Positions 24,950 through 39,468 of a DNA stretch of 64,000 nucleotides are shown here, piece by piece. The stretch lies in the NCBI GenBank assembly GCA_951406725.2, contig OX597837.1:21948001-22012000 (forward strand), given 5' to 3'. The notes below the pieces were generated by a model. The model worked only from the letters and a program-made list of their open reading frames with translations. It ran no database searches and was not told the origin of the DNA. Made by a program: the position numbers and the translations under genes. The first letter of the stretch is position 1. Every line of letters starts with the position of its first letter. This DNA comes from Octopus vulgaris. Lineage: Eukaryota.

Positions 24950-25226
24950 GGAAGGACTGACTCCTGAGCAGGTAGCACATAAAAAGCACCATTTGAGCGT
25001 GGTCGTTGCCAGTACCGCCTGACTGGCCCTTGTGCCGGTGGCATGTAAAAGCACCCACTACACTCTCGGAGTAGTTGGCATTAGGAAGGGCATCCAGCTG
25101 TAGAAACTCTGCCAAATCAGACTGGAGCCTGGTGCAGCCTTCTGGTTTGTCAGCCCTCAGTCAAATCGTCCAACCCATGCTAGTATGGAAAGAGGACGTT
25201 AAACGATGATGATGATGATGATGATG
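24950..25226 (+). mobile_element. Family C repeat, young copy with (GAT)n tail
   Basis: Same motifs as other family C copies; similar to 54550-54850. Confidence 0.85.
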
Positions 25227-26673
25227 AATATTTATGTAGATGTATTGAGAAATATATATGTTCTTTTTATCTTGCTCTCTAACCCACCCTTGTTTGTTTT
25301 ACAACTAGAGTACCCATGTATCTACTCTACAAAACACTCCTTGTACAAGACACTCAACTACTACTCCTTCCTCCCAGCTGAGTGGCCTTTTTGTCTTGCT
25401 AGTTACTTGGTAGCCCTGTCGGTGCCAGTGCCACATGAAAAGCACCAGTGCTGGTGCCACATGAACAGTACTGGTGCTGGAGCCACATAAAAAGCATCCA
25501 ATTCACTCTGTAAAGTGGTTGGCATTAAGAAGGGCATTGAGATGAAGAATCCTAACCAAAACAGACTATAGAACCTGGTGTTGATGCTGACTTCCTGTCA
25601 AGCCATCCAACCCATGCCAGCATGGAAAAAAGATGTTAAATGATGATGATGATTTGACCAGTGCCTTATTGGTCCTCTTCATGCACCTGCAAGGACAAAA
25701 ACTAGCTGGCATTATCTTTAAATGAAAGATACCTATGATAGGGAAAGTGTTTTAATAAATTATTAGCTCATTTTTGCAGTTAAGAAAACAGCCTTCATTT
25801 TGGCATTAATAATAAATTAACAGTTAATAAGTCAAGCTGGGTTGGGGGAAAAACCAGAGTTATAAATCAATATTGACAGGTCCTTTAATTAATCCTATTT
25901 CTTCATGCTAACAACTAAACAAAAGTGCCTCTATATTGAGCATGAGCAACCTTTTATGAGAAGTAGGTAGCATGAGCTGTGGCACATCAAAAGGTGGGCT
26001 GCACTATTAAAAAACAATTCAACATAATTTTTTTTTTTTGTTGGGTGTCATTCAGAAAGTCCAATAGGCAGCAGTTTGTTCATGGCTGCTTTATACTGTC
26101 ACTGAAACTGCTAGAAATAGCAGCAAAATCCAGGCTGACACGGGAACATCCACATTGTTGCTGGAATTGCAAATAATAGCATATTTTTCCTCCAATCTTA
26201 TTGTACCATGTGAAAAAAAGGGATATGTTTGATAATGTCATAGATACGTTTGAAAAAAAAAATGGATGGTCATGGTTGGGAAGTCTTTGACCATGGGTCT
26301 GCTTAATTGCGGTTGACCTAGGGTTATATACCAATCATTCGAAGCAACCACACATAGATTGGAGTATGGTTTATAGAAATTTACAGTGAGGTCACACACT
26401 GCAAGATACACAATACAAGACACACAGTAAAACAATAATATAACACACACATGTGTGCATGTACACACACACACAACCTCTTTCTAAAGAGTTTTGACTG
26501 GATCAGATCAAGGAGGAATGACCGTGAACTTAAGAAGACATAACTTAATCCTACATAGAACTAGTGTGTCTGGCCGAAGTGGTTACAACATCCAAGGTAA
26601 CTTGGCCTGAGGCACCTGATCAGACAAACAGCAGCAGAAAATGTGGCAGTAGAGTGGTATCTAAGAGTCATGA

Positions 26674-26905
26674 AGGCATCGAACTGGCAGAACTGTTAGT
26701 ACGCCAGGCAAAATGCTTAGCGGTATTTCGTCTACCGTTACGTTCTGAGTTCAAATTCTGCCGAGGTCAACTTTGCCTTTCATCCTTTCAGGGTCGATAA
26801 ATTAAGTACCAGTTACACACTGGGGTCCATATAATCGACTTAATCCGTTTGTCTGTCCTTGTTTGTCCTCTGTGTGTTTAGCCCCTTGTGGGTAGTAAAG
26901 AAATA
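26674..26905 (+). mobile_element. SINE family B with 18-bp TSD
   Basis: GGTATCTAAGAGTCATGA (26656-26673) and GGTATCTTAGAGTCATGA (26906-26923). Confidence 0.9.
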
Positions 26906-28151
26906 GGTATCTTAGAGTCATGATTTGGACAGAGCCCAAGCCTCAGCCCCTCAGAGTGTGAGGAGTTAAGGGGCTGAAACACTTGCATAGGTAGTGGTGG
27001 TGGTTTCTTATTGAACAGACCAGCTGTTCAACTCTCTCTATTTATAGTTTCAGAATACTGCCTAAGAAGGGGAACAGCTCTAGGAAGTTCATACAGAAAT
27101 ATATAGTCCCATTACTAAGGCAGCATAGAAACTTCAATGTGTTAAATAAATACTGTTTTGCTTATGGGACACTTGATATAAAAACAAAAATATTGCAAAT
27201 ATGCATAAACATGTGAAAATATTTGGAAATTTGTAGAGGAAAACACGTGCATGTAATATATTTTTATGTATACATGATGATGATGATATATATATATGTA
27301 TGTACACACACATAATCCTTAGATACATTGTATACAATATTCATTACAGATGACTGCTTGTGTCTACAATAGAAGGTATTAGTTAAATAAATCGACCAAA
27401 AGAGGTCACCTAAGCACTTATTACTACTCCACCTGCCACCCACTCCTTTGAGATGTTTCCGGGGAGTTAGTCAACCCACCACCACCAAACTACTGTTTAA
27501 CGTCATGTTGATTAACCCCAGGTCAGAGCTGATGAGACAAACCTATTATCAAAGCATTCCAGCTGTATCACAATCCCATCTCATTTCAGACAAAGATTCC
27601 AAGACAACATTATACAATGAATTCTTTCATTTTTCTGCTATTGTTTAGATCAAGGTCAGCTCTGATCAAGCAGGCCAAGTATTCTATTTAATATATATAT
27701 ATATACACACATATGAAATATATTTTGTATGTATGTATGCATGCATGCATCTATGTAAACCTGCATAATAGGTACAGGTGTGATTGCGTGGTAAGAAACT
27801 TGCTTCTTGGACACGTGGTTCTGGGTTCAGTCCCACTGCATGGCACCTTGGGTAAGTTCCTTCTAGTATAGCTTTAAGCCAACCAAAGCTTTGCGAGTGG
27901 ATTTGGTAGAGCTCATTGTATATATATATATATGTTTGTTCCTTCTCGAGCCATGGACAGGACGCCAGTCTGTCAGCTGCTAGATGCAGAAGGAAAAGTG
28001 AGAGAAAGTTGTGGCGAAAGAGTCAGCAGAAGTTTGCCATTATCTTCTGCTGGAGCAGCGTGGAGCTTATGTGTTTTGCTCATAAACACACACATCGCCT
28101 GGTCTGAGATTCAAACCCGCAATCCCTCGACCGCGAGTTTGCTGCTCTAAC

Positions 28152-28195
<44 letters not shown>

Positions 28196-28198
<3 letters not shown>

Positions 28199-28608
28199 TC
28201 TTTTACTCTCTCTTTTACTTGTTTCAGTCATTTGACTGCGGCCATGCTGCAGCACCGCCTTTAGTCGAGCAAATCGACCCCGGGACTTATTCTTTGTAAG
28301 CCCAGTACTTATTCTATTGGTCTCTTTTTGCCGAACCGCTAAGTGACGGGGACATAAACACACCAGCATCGGTTGTCAAGCAATGCTAGGGGGACAAACA
28401 CAGGCACACAAACACACACACACATATATATATATACATATATACGACAGGCTTCTTTCAGTTTCCGTCTACCAAATCCACTCACAAGGCATTGGTCGGC
28501 CCGGGGCTATAGCAGAAGACACTTGCCCAAGATGCCACGCAGTGGGACTGAACCCGGAACCATGTGGTTGGTTAGCAAGCTACTTACCACACAGCCACTC
28601 CTGCACCT
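28196..28608 (-). mobile_element. SINE family A, full length young copy; an extra head segment follows at 28676-28820
   Basis: Colinear with consensus, CpGs retained. Confidence 0.9.
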
Positions 28609-28628
28609 ATATATATATATATACACAC

Positions 28629-28659
<31 letters not shown>

Positions 28660-29535
28660 TATATACATACATACATACGATGGGCTTCTTTCAGTTTTCG
28701 TCTATCAAATCCACTCACAAGGGTTTGGTCAGCCCAAGGCTATAGTAGAAGACACTTGCCCAAGGTGCCACACAATGGGACTGAACCCGGAACCATGTGG
28801 CTGGTAAGCAAGCTACTTGTTGCACATAAATTTTAACAATTAATCTCATATTGGTTCCCAAGGGTCATATGGACACTGGTTGAGAACCACTGCTTTAGAG
28901 TATGATTTGTGAGAGATTTGGCTGTTATTTCTGGCCAACTGAGCTAACATAGAGGAGGCTCCTTTGTATATTTGCTCATGGGAATGTACCAGGGATGATA
29001 ATGCATGACCAGGAAATGACACCTAGTGTGGATGACAAGAGGAGGTGGAGGATGGAGGGAGGGAGGGGTGCACAACAAAAGGTTGCCGGTTAACAAGGGT
29101 GGAGTGGGGGTGGTGTGGGGGAACAAACGTTGGTTCTTGTAGTTTTAGTCATTTAACATTAGAAGACAGGATGCACAGATAGAGCAAGGAATATTTTGGT
29201 AACAAATGTTATTTCTTGGTAACTAGCTTCCATGTGGGAACAGCTCTCAAATCTAATAAATTCTAAGAGAGAGAGAGAGAGGAAGTAGAATGGAGGGGGA
29301 GAGAGAGAGGGGGATGCAGACAAGGAGAGAGAAGGAGAGGAAGCAACAAGAAAAGACAAAGGGAGAATGCAATTGAGGGAAAGAGAGAGAGAGAGAGAGG
29401 GTGTAATGGTGAGGAAAAGAGGGAGACTTCCTAAAGTTAAATTCTCACCATAAAAGAATCAGGTTTTGAAAAAAATAAAAAACAAACATAATAAAAAGTC
29501 ATGAAAAAGGATAAAGAGAGAGAAAGATAGAGAAG

Positions 29536-29577
<42 letters not shown>

Positions 29578-29908
29578 GAGAGGGAGAGAGAGAGAGAGAG
29601 AGAGCTAGAGAAAGAGAGTTTGTGGGTGAGAACCAAGTTTATATCTTCTGTGACAAGTGCCAACTTTGATCCAAAGAGCTAAAGGCTACAATACCTTGTC
29701 AATTCAATGTCTGAACTTTCCAAAAATAGTACGAAATGCCCAACATGGAAGTGTTGACGCAGAAGAGAGAGAGAGAGAGAGAGACGGCAGGGGGCGAAGA
29801 GATAGATTTTTTTTTTTTTGTAATAAATGGAAAAACCCAACATTGAAAACCAAACCAAAACTGTGGAACAATTAAAATTCTCCCTTTAACATATATGTTA
29901 GAGCTACA

Positions 29909-30241
29909 TAATAATAGTAGTAGTAGTAGTAGTAGCAGCAGTAGTAATAGCAGTCGTGGTAGTCATAGTAGTGTTAGTAGTAACAGCAGTAGTAGTAGTA
30001 GTAGTAGTAGTAATAATAGCAGTGGTAGTAGTCACAGTAGTGGTGGTGGTTATATTAGTAGTGGTAGTAGTAGCAGCAACAGCATCACTAGTAGTAGTAG
30101 TAGTTGCAGCAGCAGTGGTGGTAGTAATCATAGTAGTAGTAGTAGTAGCAGCAGCAGTAGTTGTGGCAGTGGTGGTAGTGGTGGTGATAATAATAATAGT
30201 GGTGGTGGTGGTGGTGGTGGTGGTAGTAGTAGTAGTAGTAG
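29909..30241. repeat. Compound trinucleotide microsatellite (TAG/CAG/TGG/TAA)n
   Basis: Direct reading; source of the poly-Ser, poly-Thr and poly-Val ORFs. Confidence 0.95.
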
Positions 30242-30806
30242 ATGGAAGGAAGGGCAACACCCTACAGTAATCAGAGGCACTCATAAAATTGACAGCATAT
30301 AACTCTTAAGTCATTTCTCTTGTGCTGAGCAGACATATGTATGGTCTTATAATACCAAAGCCAATCCAGACATGACCAACGCACCATTTAAAAAAACATT
30401 TTCTTTGTACTAGAACTCAATTGTCTAATATCTCCTCCTTGTTTTAAACAGTAGTAGTAGTAGAAGTTTTAATAATAATTCCTTAATTACGTAGAGAAGC
30501 TTTGGATTCATGACAGCAGAGGAAATGTGAAAATTGCAGAGTTCACGCAAACCCCCAGGAGCCACATAAAGAAAGCACACCCAATCATCATTATCCAACT
30601 CACCACCATCACCACCACCCCACCACCACCACCACCACCACCACCATCGTTGTTGGCTGTGTGGTTAAGGAGCTAGCTTTGCAACTACATATTTTTAGGT
30701 TCAGTCCCACTGATTGGCACTCTGGGTAAATGTCTTCTACCATAACCCTTGGCAGACTAATAATGCCTTCTGAGTGAATTTAGTAGATGGAAACAGTATG
30801 GAAGCC

Positions 30807-30872
<66 letters not shown>

Positions 30873-30883
30873 ATGTGTGTGTA

Positions 30884-30935
<52 letters not shown>

Positions 30936-31332
30936 ATCTGTTTCATTTATTAGATTGTGGCCATGCTGGGGCACTGCCTTGAAGAAGTTTTAGTAAAATA
31001 AATTGACCAGAGTACATATTTTTTTTTAAAGCCAGGTGCTTATTTTATTGAGCATTTTTGCCAAACTGCTAAGTTACAGGGATGTAAACAAACCAACACA
31101 GGTTTTCAAGCAGTGGTGGTGGGCCAAATGCAGACACAAACACACACCTGCACACATACAATAGGCTTCTTTCAGTTTCCATCTACTAAATCCACTCACA
31201 GAGCTTTGGTTTGCCCAAGGATATAGCAGAAGACACTTACCCAAGGGCCACACAGTAGGACTGAGCCTGGAACCATGTGATTGGGAAGCAAACTTCTTTT
31301 ATGTGTGTGTGTATGTATGTATGTATGTATGT

Positions 31333-31630
31333 GATCACCGCGACCAACCAGGCTATCAGATGTTGCTACACATTCCTGGTCACAATGTGCTTCGCATTGT
31401 TTTAGCCTTCTGATGACACCACCCCGCTGGCTAAGCGAGTAGGCCAATAGAAAGAATGAGAGAAAGTTGTGGTGAAAGAGTACAGCAGGGATCGCCACCA
31501 GCCCCTGCCAGAGCCTCATGGAGCTTGGTGTTTTCGCTCAATAAGCACTCACAATGCCCAGTCTGGGAATCGAAACCGCGATCCTACAACCGCAAGTCCA
31601 CTTCCCTAACCACTGGGCCATTGCGCCCCC
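31333..31630 (-). mobile_element. tRNA-headed SINE related to family D
   Basis: Minus-strand head TGGCCCAGTGGTTAG ... GGTTTCGATTCCC; related pieces at 27935-28155 and 60293-60595. Confidence 0.75.
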
Positions 31631-32689
31631 ATGTATGTATGTATATATGGATATATGCACATGTGTGTTTTTGTGTATGTCTCCATAACTACTTGACAAC
31701 TGGTGTTGGTTTGTTTATGCCCCTGTAGCTTAGTAATTTCAGCAAAAGAGACAGGTAGAACAAATGACTTAAAAAAAAGTAAGTACATAGGCACAGATGT
31801 AGTAAGAAGTTTGCATCTCACCCACGTGGTTCTGGGTTCAGTCCCACTGCATGTCACCTTGCACAAGTGTCTTCTGCTATAGCCTCAGTCTGACCAAAGA
31901 TTTGTATGTGGATTTGCTTATGTGTGTGTGTGTGTAACTGAATGGTTCAGCAAAAGAGATCAATAAAATAAGTACTAGGCTTAAGAGATAAGTCCTGGGA
32001 GCGATTTGTTTGACTAAAATCCTTCATGGCAGTGTCCCCGCATGGTTGTAGTCAAATGACTGAAAACAAGTAAAAGAATAAAAGAATTGGGGTCAATTCA
32101 TCCAGCTAAATATTCTTTGAGGCGGTGCCCCAGCATGGCCTGCAATCCATTGACTGAAACAAATAAAAGATAAAAAGAGTTGATTGGTTCGACTAAATCC
32201 TTGAAGGCAAGTGCCCCAGCATGGCCACAGTCCAATGACTGAAGCAAGCAAAGCACAAAAGATAATCACTTTCCCACCCCTGCCAACTCACCTATGCAGG
32301 TACACAGCATACACAAATCTGCAGTAGGACACGAGGTCAAAGGTTATGTTTAGCGAGAGGCCAATCAATATCCTACAATTTGACTGCCACAATTTCTTCC
32401 CCAGATCTTCCCCCGCCTCAGTTCCTTTCGACTGTCTTGGGAATAATTGGAACTGAGCTGTGTGTAGCAGCATCTGTTTGTTGGGAACTTGAATTTCTTG
32501 GTGAATATTTGCTCTACCATCTGTCTACGTCTTACCTCTCCAGAGACATGGAACAGTATCTGCGAACTAATTCTTTTATCTGTCTAGCTAAAAATCTACA
32601 TAATTAACTGCAGTTCCCAACAAACCAAGCAGCCTTGCTGAAGTAAATCCGAGTGTTGCTTGTGGGTTGCTTTTGTTTGTTCAGTTACT

Positions 32690-32726
32690 TATATATACAC
32701 ACACATACATAGGTATATACACACAC

Positions 32727-32757
<31 letters not shown>

Positions 32758-33312
32758 CACACACACACTTATATACATACACACACATATGCATACATAT
32801 ATACACACGCACACATTTGCATACATATATATACACACACATATATACATACACACATGTATACATATATACATACACACACATATATATACATACATAT
32901 ATACACACACATTTACATATACACACATATATACATACATATATATATACACACATATACATATATACACACATATATACATACACACACATATATACAT
33001 ACATATATATACATACTCACATACATATATACACACACACACACACACATACATAAGCATATACACACACACATACATATTATTACACACACACACACAC
33101 ACATACATATGCATACACACACACACACATATGCATACACACACACACATATGCATACACACATACATATATACACAGACATATATTCATACATATACAC
33201 ACATACATACACACAAACATATATGCACACACACACAGATATATACATATATGCACACACATGTACATATGTGCAGATACATTTTACACACACCTACTCA
33301 CATGAACACACG
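32690..33312. repeat. Long degenerate (TA)n/(CA)n alternating purine-pyrimidine tract
   Basis: Direct reading. Confidence 0.95.
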
Positions 33313-33986
33313 TATAAATTTCTTTTTACTTCTCTGATTTTTGAGGTGAAGAATTTCGTTAAATGTTTTCCACATTCAGATTGTCTTTCAGAGGTATATT
33401 TCTTCTCTAATCGTTTCACTTATTCTGGTGGAGAGCTCCTCACTCATTCCTCAACCATGATGCCCTATTATATTTAATTACAATTCCATCTGATATTTAA
33501 CTAAACACTGAACCCCCCACTTTACTCTCCTACCTCTACCCTCATCATGACGTGTATGGCTAGCCACAATTATTCTTCCAACTACTGCATCACCAGTCTA
33601 CTGTAAGACCCACTCTTCATTACTAGGAACTCATGCACTCCAAATAAAACCACCAGCCTACCATAAGCACTGCTTCTCTCCTTGGTTTCTCAACCAGCCA
33701 AATATGCTCATTATTTTATAAGCTTCTCTCCTTCCTTCCTTTGAACAACCATGCTGCGAGCTGTGTGAGCAAGGCTAGAGAGAGACCTTAGCCTTACTGA
33801 TGGTATCCTGGCTACGAGAATGAAAGCTCAAAGAATTATGCGCAAGAGAGAGAGACACTGTGTCTAAAAACTGCAGTGAAAGTAACATGTTTCAATGGAT
33901 AAAAACTTGTACAGTGTAGAAGAGACTGCTTCAACCCTTCAGCATTTAAACCAAAATATTCTATCTGTTTTATGTTCAAAATAACC

Positions 33987-34382
33987 AGGCACAGGAGTGG
34001 CTGTGTGGTAAGTAGCTTGTTTACGAACCACATGATTCTGGGTTCAGTCCCACTACGTGGCATCTTGGGCAAATGTCTTCTATTATAACCTTGGGCCAAC
34101 CAAAGCTTTGTGAGTGGATTTGGTAGACGGAAACTGAAAGAAGCCTGTTGTATATATGTGTATGTTTGTGTGTCTGTGTTTGTCCCCATAGCATTGCTTG
34201 ACAACCGATGCTGGTGTGTTTATGTTACTTAGCGGTTCGGCAAAAGAGACCAATAGAATAAGTACTGGGCTTACAAAAGAATAAGTCCCGGGGTCGAATT
34301 GCTCGATTAAACGGCAGTGCTCCAGCATGGCCGCAGTCAAATGACTGAAACAAGTAAAAGAGTAAAAGAGAGAGTAAGAGTA
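33987..34382 (+). mobile_element. SINE family A inserted in a piggyBac-type MITE (about 33931-34538)
   Basis: MITE left part AACCCTTCAGCATTTAAAC precedes and right part ending GAATGCTAAAGCGTTAA follows. Confidence 0.88.
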
Positions 34383-35141
34383 GATGTAGCCTCTCACACA
34401 CATTCTACAATGTGATTCTAAATATAAGCAATCACATCATTAAATTCTTGAATGTACAAGCTAATATATGATTAATTGAAGGCAGTGTGAATATATAAGA
34501 ATTACATTTGACAGAGTGATCTGAATGCTAAAGCGTTAATAGTGACAGACAACCTCACATGATGGTGGCATGCCAAGCTGCACCTAGTCCATGCTGTAAA
34601 GTGGTTGATGATGGTTGGCAGGGCATCCTGTTGATAAAACCATGTCAAAATCTTGACAGTCACAAACAGAATGGAAAGTCCCAAATGAGTATGCAAAGCT
34701 AACATTTAATGTGTTAGTGTTGTGCATGGTAATGATGTGGTTAGGTGGAAACATCTGACCATCAAATAATCACAAATTTGTATGAAAATGTAAATATATG
34801 CAAAAAAAAAAATAACAGGAAAATTCTTAAGTTTGGTGGATGAGGATCAAATTTTCAAACTCTCAAGAGAAATGGTTCATTCAGAAATGTTTCTAATACA
34901 GCAGTGACAATTTCCTGTTATTTCTTTCATTAACAGCAATATGCACATTGCACAAGTGTGCTTGATAAAATTACACTAAGTTAATACAAAGGAAAAGACA
35001 GGAACATTAAAATAATATGGAGTGCTGGGTGCCAAAGCTAGGCAGTATTGCATATCAAAGTTTACCTGAGAGGCAACAAACTGGCAAAAGACATTAAGCA
35101 GCCCCACAGTCTCAGTAATGATACAATATATGTATCAGGGA

Positions 35142-35580
35142 AGGCAGTGAGCTGGCAGAAACGTTAGCACGCCGGGCGAAATGCTTAGTGGTATTTCGTC
35201 TGCTGCTACATTCTGAGTTCAAATTCCACTGAGATAGACTTTGCCTTTCATCCTTTCAAAGTTGATTAAATAAGTACTAGTTAAGCACTGGGGTCGATGT
35301 AATTGACTTAATCTATTTGTCTGTCCTTGTTTATCCCCTCTGTGTGTAGCCCCTTGTGGGCAGTAATGAAATAAGAAACGTTAGCACGCCAGGCAAAATG
35401 CTTAGCTGCATTTCATCTGTCATTACATTCTGAGTTCAATTTCTGCCAAGGTCGACTTTGCCTTTCATCCTTTTGGGGTCGATAAATTAAGTACCAATTG
35501 TGTAATGGGGTCGATCTAATCGACTGCCTCCCTCCCACTCTTCAAAACTTTTGGGCCTTGTGCCTAGAGTAGAAAGGAAT
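35142..35580 (+). mobile_element. SINE family B tandem dimer
   Basis: Copy 1 about 35142-35373; copy 2 restarts at AGAAACGTTAGCACGCC about 35374 with a different 3' end. Confidence 0.85.
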
Positions 35581-36031
35581 ATATGTATCAGTGACTCAGA
35601 CTTTGCAGCAAAATAAAGGATCAAAGAAATCAATGAAAGAGCCTCTATGCAGCCACTAGAAACAACAGCCAAATTTCTCTCAAATTACATTGTACCATTA
35701 AAAAAAAAATGGCAGAATAATGTAGTTCTGTTTATATTTTTTTTTATTTTTATATATTTGTTAAGCCTGGAGAAAAGAGAATTGCTTATAACCTTCATGG
35801 GTTCTCTAGAACTGGTGAGATCAATATTGTTAATACTCCATTTAAATAGTTGTGGTGAGTCAATGCCTTCAGAAAAGACATGAGCAGAGAGGAAATTCCA
35901 GGGGGTCAACATCTGGAGAGGAAGGACTGGGCATAACAACTAGTGGAAGACCAAGCAGGTTGGATACACCAAGAGAGATGGGGAGCTTGGAAAGACAAGT
36001 GGATCAGGGGTGCCTGAGTAGTGGAAGTATG

Positions 36032-36183
36032 AGGAACAGAGACCATATAAAAGGAACAGAAGCCATATAAAAGAAAAAGGAACAGAGGCCATATAAAAGA
36101 AAAGGAACAGAGGCCATATAAAAGAAAAGGAACAGAGGCTATATAAAAGAAAAGGAACAGAGGCCATATAAAAGAAAAAAAAA
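36032..36183. repeat. Minisatellite, 6 copies of about 25-bp GGAACAGAGGCCATATAAAAGAAAA
   Basis: Direct reading. Confidence 0.92.
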
Positions 36184-36702
36184 GACAAAGAGAAGATACA
36201 GTGTGTCTGTGGGCCAGAGGCTGGAGCATGTTTGCTAGAGATTTAATTCCAATCAATCAAGTGACCCTTCTCTGGATATGGTCAAGGATGCCTGCATGCA
36301 TAGTAGCAATCCAATCTCAAATATAGGATCAGTGCTCCATTCTGGGCTTCAGTTGAGCCTTGAAAGATGTCTGCGGCTACTGGGGTTGAGGTGAGTTTAT
36401 TTTCTGGCCTTGAGGACAAGGGCTGGTTTGGGGGATACAATCCTAGCTACACTGGATACACTAGTCCTCAATACATCATGTTTAAAAATGAAAAAAAAAA
36501 AAAAACCAAGGCAATCCCAGTTTCAACATAATTGATCATAAATCAGCTCATTCAGAAGTAATCTGGGGTTAAGCAACAACATCATAGGATTAAGTTAATT
36601 TTGGTATAATTCATTATGTTAATTAAATGTTTTAAAATGGATTAAGAGGAAATGCAAAATTAAATTGTTGGTTTTAAATGTTAATGTGATATTAGTTTCC
36701 AT

Positions 36703-36828
36703 GTTATTATTATTATTATTATTATCATTATTATTATTAAATTATTATCATTATAAAATTATTATTATCATCATCATTATTATTATTATTATTGTTGTTA
36801 TTATTATTAAATTATTATTATCATTATT

Positions 36829-36863
<35 letters not shown>

Positions 36864-36868
36864 TATTG
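36703..36868. repeat. (TTA/TCA)n microsatellite
   Basis: Direct reading. Confidence 0.95.
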
Positions 36869-37601
36869 TAACTGTTGTTGTTGACATGAAATGACTGGCA
36901 GTACTTAGTTGTTTTTTTTTATGGTCTGAGCTAAAATTTTACCAAGTTCAACTTTAGCTCTCATCCTTCTGGGATTTATAAAATAAGTACCAGTCAAGAA
37001 CTGGGGTCAATTAACGCTGACAATAACCCATTTGCCTCTAAATATGAGATATAGTGCCTATTTTGGAAACTACTGTTATGAGGTGAAGGTGTACAGCCTA
37101 GTGGCTGGGGGTGTTTGGCTCATCATCACAAGATCATAGGGCCAGTGTCTGGACTGGAAAGTGCATAGCATCCTTGAGCAAGGTTCTTCATTTCATGCTC
37201 CTTGAGTCCACTCAGCTGTAAATGATTTGTTTCTCCCTTAGCTGATTCTTTACATTCTGAGTTCAAATCCCACTACATCCAACTTTACCTTTCATCCTTT
37301 TGGAGGCTGATGAAATAAAATACTAGTCAAGTACTGAAGCTGATATAATTAACTAACCCACTCTACCTACCACATCAAAATTGCTGACCTAGTATCTAAA
37401 TTTTTATTAGGTTTTCTATAGAATTCAGAGCCAGTACTGTATGTTATGACATTTCATATATGCATACATCTACATGAACAATGTGATCAAAGATAGAATA
37501 GGTAATGAGTGTACATGCATATTTCAAGAGTTATTGCTCTTTCATCAGCACCATATCCAACCCATCAACTATCCACAAATGCATTGCTTAAATGTCCACT
37601 A

Positions 37602-38005
37602 AGGCGTAGGAGTGGCTGTGTGGTAAGTAGCTTGCTTACCAACCACATGGTTCCGGGTTCAGTCCCACAGCATGGCGCCTTGGGCAAGTGTCTTCTGCTA
37701 TAGCCTCGGGCCGACTAAAACCTTGTGAGTGGATTTGGTAGATGGAAACTGAAAGAAGCCCGTCGTATATATGTATATATATATATGTGTGTGTGTGTAT
37801 ATATGTTTGTGTGTTTGTCTCCAACCACCCGCCCCACAACATCGATTGACAACCAACGCTGGTATGTTTACATTGCCATAACTTAGTGGTTCGGCAAAAG
37901 GGACCGATAGAATAAGTACTAGGTTTACAAAGAATAAGTCCTGTGGTCAATTTGCTTGGTGTTCCAGCATGGCCACAGTCAAATGACTGAAACAAGTAAA
38001 AGAAA
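37602..38005 (+). mobile_element. SINE family A
   Basis: Head, internal microsatellite and tail present. Confidence 0.9.
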
Positions 38006-39182
38006 GTAAAAAAAAAAAAAAGAGAGAGAGTAAGTTTAGCAGTGTATCACATTTAGATCAATTTACATTTCTGGCAACTGGTATGTACAAACTAATCACT
38101 ATTGAGGACAGAGTATTTTGTTTTGCAACCATAATATACTACCAAGAATATTAAAGGTTTACAAGTCAGTATAGTGTCTTACGTTTTTTCTGTCAGTAGT
38201 GTGATGTCTATAATGACAATGATTCATTAAAACAACAATAGTGACACACAGAAAGCTAAAGTAGCAAAGCTGTGTCTTTATAGTATGAAGATGTAGTCTT
38301 GGATCAGTAGATCAGCCAACAATGTATAGATTGCCTCCTTTATTTCTTCTAGTGTCAATAAAATATAGAATAAGGTATTTACTGAAATCAATTGAATCAA
38401 ATATACTACTTTAGCCAAATGGTCACCACTTTTAGTAGTCCGTAAGTGTTTCTGGTAGTTGAGCATGCAACGCTTGGCTAAATTAAATCTTCTTCCAATA
38501 CAGATGGTTGGTTGGTTGGTTGGTCCAAAACAAAACAACATGAAGGCATGTCCTGTACCATTGCCATGTAAAAAGCACTCATGCTGGTGCCATGTAGAAG
38601 TGCTTGTGCAGTGCCATGTAAAAACCCCAGCACATACTGTAAAATGGTTGATGTTAGGAAGGGCATCCAGCCATAGAAACCATGTCAGACTGGAGACTGG
38701 TAACTCTCCAGCTTGCCGGCTCTGGTCAAAACGTCCAACCCATGCCAGCATAGAAAATGGACTTTAAATGATGATGATGTGCATGTACATAACATTCATG
38801 TAGTATACTGCTGTGTACAGCATGAGCTTGTGTGTAAAGTATGAGATTTGGGGTGTAAGTTACAAATGCCTTTAAGGAAGTCGAGTTACACTACACTCCG
38901 CTGCTGGTTTCCTATCCTTTCAGCAGGGAACAGTTGCCACACCCATTTCACAGCTGAACAGTTAGCGATACGAAAAAGGCACCCAACTGGAAAATACAAC
39001 TAAAATTGGATTAGATTGGATTGCCTATGTTCAGTCTACTGCAGGCCAAAGGCCTCCACCAACTAAGGTCTGATGTGGAGGCCATGAATTTGAGCTTGAG
39101 GTCATACTGGATTGATGAACCTACTCTGCTACATTGAATCAACATGGCTTGACAGAGGGATGCTGTTTTCTTATACTCATAT

Positions 39183-39468
39183 ACAGGAGTGGCTGTGTGG
39201 TAAGTAGCTTGCTTACGAACCACATGGTTCCAGGTTCAGTCCCACTGCGTGGCACCTTGGGCAATTGTCTTCTACTTTAGCCTCGGGCCGACCATGCTGG
39301 TGTGTTTATGTCCCCGTTACTTAGCGGTTCGGCAAAAGAGACCGATAGAATATGTACTGGACTTACAAAGAATAAGTCCCAGGGTCGAGTTGCTCGACTA
39401 AAAGGCGGTGGTCCAGCATGGCCGCAGTCAAATGACTGAAACAAGTAAAAGAGTAAAGGGTAAGAGTA
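39183..39468 (+). mobile_element. SINE family A with internal deletion
   Basis: CTCGGGCCGACC joined directly to ATGCTGGTGTGTTT, skipping the central microsatellite. Confidence 0.88.

Noticed and set aside
28373-28807. Recurring peptides such as RGYSRRHLPKVPRSGTEPGTMWL seen in many ORFs
   Set aside because: Antisense read-through of SINE family A, not a gene family
29895-30302. Ser-, Thr- and Val-rich ORFs resembling mucin or structural proteins
   Set aside because: Trinucleotide microsatellite open in overlapping frames on both strands
32660-33477. His/Thr/Tyr/Ile-rich ORFs up to 225 aa
   Set aside because: Dinucleotide low-complexity tract
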